DNA of 12,367 bases, taken from Promethearchaeota archaeon (GTDB lineage: Archaea > Asgardarchaeota > Thorarchaeia > Thorarchaeales > Thorarchaeaceae). Each line of letters opens with the position of its first letter. Within the stretch, counting starts at the first letter, position 1. The DNA lies in NCBI GenBank assembly GCA_027031765.1, contig JALVPN010000133.1:1-12367 (forward strand). The letters run 5' to 3'. Shown one piece after another: positions 1-7,032 of this stretch. The notes beneath the pieces were generated by a model. It saw only the letters and a list, made by a program, of their open reading frames with translations, searched no databases and was not told the DNA's origin. The position numbers and the translations under genes are program-made.

Positions 1-1
1 G

Positions 2-3000
2 GGCTTCTACAACGTCCCGTTCGACGGCTATCTGGCAAACTACTCAATATATTACTCAACAACGCGCTACGCCCCCGCGACCTACGGCACTGCATATTTT
101 GTAGTGCGCTCAGACTACTCCAACGCGTCAACGAATGTCGGGTCTCCCGTGGCGCTGACAGATACTTCCGGCAACCCGATGTGGGCGAATGTTACCGTTG
201 GCAGCGTCCTCAATATGAGCACCGTATACTACGCCATGATTGATGGCAGTTCGCTCCACAAGGGCGGCGCCCCACCGAGGTATCCCGAGATCTGGTGGGC
301 CTATGAAGACGCCGCAGGTGCCTTTGCCTCCAAGAGGTACCACACGGACGGCGGGTGGCTCAACGTGGCGTGTGAGGGCCGCCTGAACTACACATACATC
401 CCATGGAACAAGACCCTCAACCGTCCACTTGTCTTCAACGACGCCGCCGAGGTCGCCCTCACTGCAAATGGCTCCGCACTTACAGGGGCCGACAGGTTTG
501 TCTTGATCAACGAAACACACAGCATCACGTCGCTTACCTTCGCGTCGAACCAGTCGGTATACATATTTCACAACCTCACGCTCACGTACAGGCGTACAAT
601 CACTCCGTCTGCATCGTGGTACATCCCGTCCTCGGGGAGCCCTGTGGAGTGGAACGTGACCTTCACAGTGGGCTACCCCGACGTCACAAGTGTCACAGCG
701 CGGATGGCCAACGTCACTGTCGAGCACGACTGGGGGCCCACGGGGCTCTACGAGAGAGCGAGCCCGTCTGTAAACCACAGCAGCTACTTGCGGCATGGCG
801 ACACTGTGGTATGTGCCGACCTATCAAATGGCACATGGACTCTCAGGAACGAGGCCCACAACTACATCACCCAAGTCTCCGTCCCCACTGTAGCATGTAT
901 CAACGAGACCGTTGTCATTACGGTGTACGTCCAGGACGAGTCCAGCAACGGTGCACAGAGCGGCATGACGAACCTGACAATCACTCATGGTGGCGAGACC
1001 GTCTGGGCACCGCCCAACGTCACTGTGTCCAATGGTCAGGTGGTCTACATGTGGGATGTGAACGACACGACCTCGTCTCGTGGGGTCTTTGACATCGCTG
1101 TGTACTGGGCGAACCACACAGAGGCCGGCTATCGCGAGACGCAGGTCTCAATATACCACCCGACGGCACTCACCACAGAGCAGTCCGAGATCCACGCCTA
1201 CGTGGGCGAGATGGTGGTGGTCAGCACCTACTACAACGACACATTCAATGGTATTGGTCTGAACGGCTCGCAGGCCGAGGTCAAGTACTCTCTCGATAGT
1301 GGCCCGAGGGTGCTGATGAGCGACCATGGCAACGGTACTTGGACTGTCACGTTTGACACCTCCCTGATGTCGTCAGGCTGGCACGACATCGACATATTTG
1401 CCAACGGCAGCTACTATGAGAACCACACGGACTCTGTGCGCCTGTACCTCACGCACCCGACCGTACTGTCAGTGGGCCTTGATGGCCCAGACAACATCTC
1501 CTATGTGGAGTCCACCCTCCTCTGGGCGAACTACTCCTACACGGACGGGTTTCCGGTTCTGAGTGCCACGGTGAACGTCACAATTGAGGGCAACACGTGG
1601 CCCCTCTCGTGGAACGTCACATCTATGCGGTACGAGCTCCGGCTCAACGGCTCTGACAACCCGCCCGGCTTCGGGACTCACACCCTGAACGTCAGTGCAT
1701 GGCGAGCGGAACACGAGGCCCACTGGAACGCGACGCTGCAACTGACAGTCCATGTGGCCGAGACGCAGCTCAGCGCGTGGTGGAGCGATGGCAACACGGT
1801 CTCGTATGTCGAGACCACTACCCTCTTGGTCAACTACAGCCTCACAGACGGGACGCCCGTCAGTGGTGCGGTCGTGAATGTGACGACCGGGACGACCACG
1901 TGGAGCATGGTCTGGAATGCCACCAGTGGCTTCTACGAGCTCCGGTTCAATGGTTCGGATGACCCGCCAGGACTTGGCCTGCACTCCATGTCAGTCCACG
2001 CATGGAAGAATGGACACATTGCACAGTCGGTGGTGCTCTCACTGAACATCACTGAGGCACAGACTGTCCTCTCTGTAGACTGGGGCCAGACATCCATCGA
2101 CTATGTGGGCCACTTTGTGGTAGAGGCCAACTATACGCTACTGTCTACTGGGGAGAGCGTGCCACACGCTGTCACACAGGCCAACATTACGGTGGATGGC
2201 GTTTCCGTCTTCATGATGAACGAGTCCGGCGTCTCGTGGACAGCAGACCTGACGGGTCAGGCCCTCGGTGTGGGCCAACATCAAGTTGTTATCAAGCTCT
2301 GGGCTTACGGTTACGAGTACCAGAACTCGACCGTTTCGATGAACGTGACAATTGTCAACACTACGCTTGTCGTGGTATGGACGCCGTCCTCAGCGACAGT
2401 CCAGTACGTCGACTCGCTCAACCTGACGGTATACTACACCTACGACACCAGTCCTGTGCCGTCGTCCGCAACGGTCAATGTGACCATTGGTGGTGTGACC
2501 CACCCACTCTCGTATTCGAATGGCACATGGTCGGTCATTATCTCGGGGTCGGACCTGGGTGTTGGAGTCTACTCGGCCACTGTCCGGGCGTGGCACTACG
2601 GCTATCAGGCACAGGAGAACATCACGTCCCACGTTGAGGTCATTGCTGCGGACACTGCCCTCTCTGTAGAGTGGATACCTGCAAGCTGCAAGCTCGGATA
2701 TCTGGGCAGCCTGACCATCCGTGTGGCCTACGAGCACAACGGTACACCCGTGTCCGGTGCAATGGTGCGTGTGGTCATCAATGGAACCAGGACATTTGAC
2801 CTCACATACAATACCACTGTTCAGCGGTGGGTCGTCAACATGGCTGCTAATACCATTGACCTTGGTACGTGGCAGATGGTGGTCACCGCAGAGAGGGAAG
2901 GTTATGCACCGGGCTCTGACAGCCGCATTGTGGTCGTGAGTCCGGACACGCCAGTCGTCACTCCGGAGTGGCAGGCCATGTCAACAGACTATGCGAGCCC

Positions 3001-5515
3001 CGTGTCACTGAACATCAATGTGACCGCTTCTGACATGACGCCGGTCACTGATGGTAGCGTTACTGTGCATGTGGCAGGCCACCAGTATGTTGCGGTGGCC
3101 ATTGGAGGGGGCACCTACAATGTAGCACTGGGACCGAAACTCCCCATCGGAAACCACACAGTCAACGTGACGTTCGTACGGCATGGGTTTGTCACCACCA
3201 CTCTGCACCTCACACTCCATGTGAACACCACGGCCACTGGGATCTCTTGGTCGACCGAAACATATGTGATGTACTATGACGAGGTGCTGAACGAAACCAT
3301 CCTGTACTCCATGTTGAACGGCACGGCCGTGCCATCGGCTACCGCAACTGTTGTCGTTGATGGCACGACCTACATGCTCGCTCCTGAAGGTGATGCGTGG
3401 CGCATGGTGTTGGTCGGCCGGAACCTCATGGTGGGTGGTCACAGCTGTGTGCTCAACTTCACAGCCTATGGCTTTGAGTCTCAGCTCTTCTCATTCACGC
3501 TGACAATATCACCAGTCCCCACAACACTGGTAGTCAGTGTGTCGCCGTGGATGTATGTCAATGACAGTGTTGTGTTGGATGTGGAGTACCGTGACACGCG
3601 GTATGACACCCCACTTGAGGCAAGTGCGTTCTCAGTATCATGGCCCGGCAGTGAGTCGTGGTCATATGGTGACGGCACGTACGCCGTGGTGCTATACGCT
3701 ACAGGCCTGCACTCTCGTACGTACTCCGTGCTGATCACGGCCTCTGCACTGGGCCACGAAACGAGCACGTACAACCTCAGTGCACAGGTCAGACCCCTGC
3801 CGACGGCGCTCTCTGTCCTGTCGTCACTGGTCGAGTATGAGAATGAAACCCTCCATCTTGCTGTCTACCTGAATGAGACCCACCATGGCCTGCCCGTGAC
3901 AGGTGCCGAGGTGGCACTGGTGTTCATGGGCGGGTACGTACCCCTGACCTTCGACCCCGATTCGTCACAATACGTGGGCGGCCTTTGGCTAAACGCCTCC
4001 ATCGGGCCTGGTGAGTATACGGGCGTACTGCATGCCACGGCGCTTGATTACGAGGCCGCCCAGTTGCCAGTGACAATAACTGTGATGGCGAATACGCGTT
4101 ATCAGGTGGAGTTGGTTGTCGACGAGTCCGTACCACCGGGTGGACAGCTCGTAGTACAGTCTCTCGTCACCCACGACGGCAGTCCCGTGCAGGGCCTGAG
4201 AGTCCTCTTCTACGCCCGGTTCACCATGTCGGACAACACAACACGTCTTTTGCACCTGGCAGATGACACCAACTCGGATGGGGTCGCACTGGTCAGCTTC
4301 GACGTGCCGGACGATGCCGTTGGTGCAGAGGTGTGGGCCGAGTTTGCTGGCTCACGGACGGAGTGGTCTGCAACCACACAGATGAGCGAGGTGACGGTAC
4401 AGGCAGCTGGGCCTGGCAAGGTGGTCCAGCTGCTGACCCGACCGGAGTGGCTCCTGCTCCTTGCAGGTGTCGCTGGTCTTGTGGTTGCCCGGAGTGTGTA
4501 TGTCCGCAAGATCCGTCCGCAGAAGAGTGAGAAGGAGGAGGAGATGCACAAGCAGCTCGAAGTGTTCGAGAGCCTGAAGAACCTGCGTCACTTCATGGCA
4601 ATCTATGCTGCACGGGGTACCTGTGTGTTCTACCACCCGTTCACTGACGAACGCATCGAGCCGAACCTCATCAGTGGGTTCATCTCTGCCATCACCTCGG
4701 TCTACGGCGAGATAAAGGGCAATGGTGTCATCGGCACCCTTGAGGAAATCCAGTATCAGGGACTGAGGCTCAACAGCTACAGTGGTCGGTACATCATTGG
4801 TATCCTGATTGTCGAGGGCGATATGGCCCCTGTGCTGCGGAAGCGCCTCCAGCTCTTTATCGAGCTCTTCGAGAGCCAGTACAAGAGTGCCCTCAAGAAC
4901 TGGAACGGCCTCATGGACCGGTTCGACCCGGAGTGGATAGTGTCGACCCTCAACTCCACCATAGGCTACGACTGGCTCCTCCCCCACAGGATTGCTAATG
5001 AGGACAAGGCCGACAAGAGGGCGCGCAGAGTCTTGCAGCTCATCCGGCCGCACCTCGACGAGAACGGCGAGTTCCTGATTGACGCGGTCATAGACATAGT
5101 GGCAAATGACCTCGGCATCTGGCGTGCACAGGCACTGAACGAACTGCTCAGACTGCACGACGCCGGAGTGATCGTCCCGATTAGCGTCCAGACAGTGCTG
5201 ACACGACAGGGCATGGGGATTCCCGATGTTGGTGACCACGATGAGAGTACCGGAAGTGAGGTCCCGGACGACAGGGATGACGACACACGCAATCCCCACA
5301 ACGAAGAGACCAACGAGGAGCCAGAGGACGAGCTCGACAAGTTCGTTGAAGACGTGGAGTCTCTCCTCTCAGGCACGGGGGACGAAGGGTCACACGACTC
5401 CGACAGTGACGACAACAGTGACGACAACAGTGACGACAACAGTGACGACAACAGTGACGACAACAGTGACGACAACAGTGACGACAACAGTGACGACAAC
5501 AGTGACGACAGCTGA
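2..5515 (+). CDS. Giant single-pass membrane/surface protein, 5'-truncated: extracellular tandem Ig-like domains, one TM helix, cytoplasmic longin-like domain, winged-helix-like domain and acidic repeat tail
   Basis: The frame of ORF 104..5515 has no stop back to position 2 (GFYNVPFDGYLANYSIYYSTTRYAPATYGTAYFVVRSD...), so the GTG at 104 is internal and the gene starts left of the window. The ectodomain has very frequent N-x-S/T sequons. There is one hydrophobic stretch, WLLLLAGVAGLVVARSVYV (4448-4504), followed by RKIR (positive-inside). The C-terminal part contains LISGFISAITSVYGEI...LEEIQYQG...LRKRLQLFIELFESQY...WNG. Confidence 0.93.
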   Translation, partial: GFYNVPFDGYLANYSIYYSTTRYAPATYGTAYFVVRSDYSNASTNVGSPVALTDTSGNPMWANVTVGSVLNMSTVYYAMIDGSSLHKGGAPPRYPEIWWAYEDAAGAFASKRYHTDGGWLNVACEGRLNYTYIPWNKTLNRPLVFNDAAEVALTANGSALTGADRFVLINETHSITSLTFASNQSVYIFHNLTLTYRRTITPSASWYIPSSGSPVEWNVTFTVGYPDVTSVTARMANVTVEHDWGPTGLYERASPSVNHSSYLRHGDTVVCADLSNGTWTLRNEAHNYITQVSVPTVACINETVVITVYVQDESSNGAQSGMTNLTITHGGETVWAPPNVTVSNGQVVYMWDVNDTTSSRGVFDIAVYWANHTEAGYRETQVSIYHPTALTTEQSEIHAYVGEMVVVSTYYNDTFNGIGLNGSQAEVKYSLDSGPRVLMSDHGNGTWTVTFDTSLMSSGWHDIDIFANGSYYENHTDSVRLYLTHPTVLSVGLDGPDNISYVESTLLWANYSYTDGFPVLSATVNVTIEGNTWPLSWNVTSMRYELRLNGSDNPPGFGTHTLNVSAWRAEHEAHWNATLQLTVHVAETQLSAWWSDGNTVSYVETTTLLVNYSLTDGTPVSGAVVNVTTGTTTWSMVWNATSGFYELRFNGSDDPPGLGLHSMSVHAWKNGHIAQSVVLSLNITEAQTVLSVDWGQTSIDYVGHFVVEANYTLLSTGESVPHAVTQANITVDGVSVFMMNESGVSWTADLTGQALGVGQHQVVIKLWAYGYEYQNSTVSMNVTIVNTTLVVVWTPSSATVQYVDSLNLTVYYTYDTSPVPSSATVNVTIGGVTHPLSYSNGTWSVIISGSDLGVGVYSATVRAWHYGYQAQENITSHVEVIAADTALSVEWIPASCKLGYLGSLTIRVAYEHNGTPVSGAMVRVVINGTRTFDLTYNTTVQRWVVNMAANTIDLGTWQMVVTAEREGYAPGSDSRIVVVSPDTPVVTPEWQAMSTDYASPVSLNINVTASDMTPVTDGSVTVHVAGHQYVAVAIGGGTYNVALGPKLPIGNHTVNVTFVRHGFVTTTLHLTLHVNTTATGISWSTETYVMYYDEVLNETILYSMLNGTAVPSATATVVVDGTTYMLAPEGDAWRMVLVGRNLMVGGHSCVLNFTAYGFESQLFSFTLTISPVPTTLVVSVSPWMYVNDSVVLDVEYRDTRYDTPLEASAFSVSWPGSESWSYGDGTYAVVLYATGLHSRTYSVLITASALGHETSTYNLSAQVRPLPTALSVLSSLVEYENETLHLAVYLNETHHGLPVTGAEVALVFMGGYVPLTFDPDSSQYVGGLWLNASIGPGEYTGVLHATALDYEAAQLPVTITVMANTRYQVELVVDESVPPGGQLVVQSLVTHDGSPVQGLRVLFYARFTMSDNTTRLLHLADDTNSDGVALVSFDVPDDAVGAEVWAEFAGSRTEWSATTQMSEVTVQAAGPGKVVQLLTRPEWLLLLAGVAGLVVARSVYVRKIRPQKSEKEEEMHKQLEVFESLKNLRHFMAIYAARGTCVFYHPFTDERIEPNLISGFISAITSVYGEIKGNGVIGTLEEIQYQGLRLNSYSGRYIIGILIVEGDMAPVLRKRLQLFIELFESQYKSALKNWNGLMDRFDPEWIVSTLNSTIGYDWLLPHRIANEDKADKRARRVLQLIRPHLDENGEFLIDAVIDIVANDLGIWRAQALNELLRLHDAGVIVPISVQTVLTRQGMGIPDVGDHDESTGSEVPDDRDDDTRNPHNEETNEEPEDELDKFVEDVESLLSGTGDEGSHDSDSDDNSDDNSDDNSDDNSDDNSDDNSDDNSDDNSDDS
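857..4410 (+). repeat. About 12 tandem ~95-105 aa Ig-like (beta-sandwich) protein repeats inside the large CDS
   Basis: Recurring pattern (P/E)T-x-L...Y...NY/Y-x-x-x-(D/N)G-x-PV-x-x-A-x-V-x-V...G-x-(W/Y)...(L/P)G-x-G-x-(H/Y)...A...G(Y/H/F). Units begin near 857 (HNYIT), 1157 (HPTAL), 1454 (HPTVL), and continue to the TM helix. Divergent at DNA level except units 3 and 4. The Ig-like fold is inferred from the pattern. Confidence 0.75.
5403..5510 (+). repeat. Perfect tandem repeat, 9 x 12 bp (ACAGTGACGACA), encoding (DDNS)8-DDS at the C-terminus of the giant protein
   Basis: Read directly: 108 bp with no mismatches, ending 2 nt before the TGA stop at 5513-5515. Confidence 0.97.
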
Positions 5516-5546
5516 CCGGTGGCACCAGTCCGTCTCGGCCACCGGT
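5515..5546 (+). terminator. GC-rich inverted repeat immediately after the stop codon (possible terminator or processing hairpin)
   Basis: ACCGGTGGC (5515-5523) and GCCACCGGT (5538-5546) form a perfect 9-bp stem with a 14-nt loop. There is no clear U-tract, so the function is uncertain. Confidence 0.35.
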
Positions 5547-5647
5547 GAGTTCTCCGGCCTAGCATTTCGCCTCCCTGCCGGTGCCTGCCAACAACACTTA
5601 TCAGTGGCGTGTGGGCCACCCACTGACGACATGCTCATGCTCCCCTT

Positions 5648-5652
5648 GAGGT
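5648..5652 (+). promoter_or_regulatory. Shine-Dalgarno-like site for the 5659 ORF
   Basis: GAGGT lies 6 nt upstream of ATG 5659. Confidence 0.55.
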
Positions 5653-5658
5653 CGTCAC

Positions 5659-5979
5659 ATGAGTCCATGGAACATTGAGAACTACTACATCCAAGGTGGG
5701 CGTGTCCTCACCGTCGAGTTCACGGCACCTCTCATTGACCTGCGCCTTGCGGAGATTGACGACATAAAACGGGCCTGGCTTGACATGTTGCACGAGGTCG
5801 TTTCCGGACAACCCGGCCTAGAGGTCTCCTGGGAGATGACGCCGAGGGGTGATGTCGTACTGGTGAGGGTCCGCATCGCAAAGGCCGGGGAGCTCGGGCA
5901 GTTCACACGTCGAGAGGCCTCGGACACAATCGAGGCTGTCGGCGAGTTCCTTGACCGCGAGGAGTCGAGCAGAGGGTGA
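5659..5979 (+). CDS. Hypothetical protein, 106 aa, soluble alpha/beta
   Basis: ATG with SD site, natural-looking composition (MSPWNIENYYIQGGRVLTVEF...), fills the intergenic gap with no competing plausible ORF. No family recognised. Confidence 0.75.
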   Translation: MSPWNIENYYIQGGRVLTVEFTAPLIDLRLAEIDDIKRAWLDMLHEVVSGQPGLEVSWEMTPRGDVVLVRVRIAKAGELGQFTRREASDTIEAVGEFLDREESSRG

Positions 5980-6220
5980 TGGCCGTTCCCAGTCTGCAGG
6001 CCTAGGAGAGCCGTATCCGGCCAACGTGTCGCATCCGTCCGGATGCCCCCGCGGTCTGTCTGGAACAGTGTACCTCTCTGGGCATCCACGCTCGCTCTAC
6101 CTGTCCCCCTACCTGTGGACACTTCTGCCCGAATGTGTGCAGTCCCTGCTTGACCGGGCCATCAGTTGGTGGCTGTTGGTGGGCCGACACCACTCCGCCG
6201 ATGGGTGGACCTGCGCCGGC

Positions 6221-6237
6221 AAGAGGAAGTTTGATAG
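6221..6237 (+). promoter_or_regulatory. Putative BRE/TATA-like promoter of the DedA/VTT gene
   Basis: Purine-rich AAGAGGAAG followed by TTTGATAG (6230-6237), about 37 nt upstream of ATG 6274, in an otherwise GC-rich spacer. Confidence 0.35.
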
Positions 6238-6273
6238 GCACTACGTAGGGCCGACACCAGTGAGTGAAAGCCA

Positions 6274-7032
6274 ATGCTGGGAGTCGGTGTCCCCGGAAGA
6301 GACCTGCTGTTCTGCCTCTCGATGCTCCTGCTCACAGCCTATGGCGTACTCCTCGTGCTCCTGCCGGAAACAACTGGTCCGCTCGTCCTTGCCGTCCTGT
6401 GGTTGCGGGACGTCTCCCTTGCAGCCGGCTACCCCGGTGCCTTTGCTGTGTCGTTCCTAGGCAATGCCACTCTCCTAGTGCCTTTCCCGTATCTCGGCGT
6501 CCCGTTCTTCATGGGTGGGGTCCAGGCCGCTGGAGGGACGTACCTATATGACCCATGGCTCACGGGTCTGGTGAGTGGCATTGGGGCCATGTTGGGCGAG
6601 ATGACCGGCTACGCTCTCGGGGCTGGCGGACGTAGGTGCCTCGACCCGGCCCGCACGGAAGCCCTCAACCGCCTCCTGCTCCATCACAGACACCGCGTAC
6701 CATTCCTTGTGTGGTTCCTCGCGGTCACGCCGCTCCCGGACGATGTGCTGGTCGTACCCCTTGGGACAGTGCGCTACGACTGGCGTGTCGTATTCGTGGC
6801 CGGTGCTGTCGGCAAGACGATGTTCCTAACGGCTGTCAGCTGGGCTGGTCGGTCAGGGATGACGTGGCTTGAGGGCCTGCTCGGGCTGTCAGGTCAGCCA
6901 GGCCCACTATCGGGGATCACTGAGGTCCTTGCGCTCATGGCCCTCGTGGTCGTCCTGTACCTGGTCGCCCGTGTTGACTGGGACTCCGTCACCCGCCGGG
7001 CCTTGGTGGACACGCCCGCAGACACACACTAG
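6274..7032 (+). CDS. DedA/VTT-domain (SNARE-associated Golgi protein, YqaA-like) membrane protein, 252 aa
   Basis: Multi-TM hydrophobic protein with DedA-family hallmarks: SFLGNATLLVPFP, G-A-M-L-G-E-M-T-G-Y-A-L-G, FLAVTPLPDDVLVVPLG..RY, AGAVGK. An in-frame TGA at 6265 fixes the start at 6274. Confidence 0.88.
   Translation: MLGVGVPGRDLLFCLSMLLLTAYGVLLVLLPETTGPLVLAVLWLRDVSLAAGYPGAFAVSFLGNATLLVPFPYLGVPFFMGGVQAAGGTYLYDPWLTGLVSGIGAMLGEMTGYALGAGGRRCLDPARTEALNRLLLHHRHRVPFLVWFLAVTPLPDDVLVVPLGTVRYDWRVVFVAGAVGKTMFLTAVSWAGRSGMTWLEGLLGLSGQPGPLSGITEVLALMALVVVLYLVARVDWDSVTRRALVDTPADTH

Noticed and set aside
104-106. GTG 104 as the start of the giant protein
   Set aside because: The frame is open to position 2, there is no signal peptide or RBS here, and the upstream codons translate to similar Tyr/Asn-rich sequence.
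128-4551. Numerous alternative-frame and antisense ORFs over the giant gene (e.g. 128..796, 403..1092, 1469..1984, 3005..3442)
   Set aside because: Shadow ORFs expected in GC-rich coding DNA, with Arg/His/Pro/Cys-skewed composition and no motifs.
5403-5510. 12-bp array as a CRISPR array
   Set aside because: Units are directly adjacent with no spacers, too short, and in frame within a CDS.
5181-5525. Minus-strand ORF with (CRHC)n repeats resembling a metal-binding or heme-like protein
   Set aside because: It is simply an antisense frame of the 12-bp array inside the giant CDS. The same applies to the (LSSL)n ORF 4966..5619, the (VTVV)n ORF 5390..5668 and the mucin-like (TVTT)n ORF 5226..5678.
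5951-6460. 169-aa ORF spanning the spacer before the DedA/VTT gene
   Set aside because: Ser/Pro/Cys-rich non-protein-like composition, overlaps two better genes, and covers promoter-like signals.
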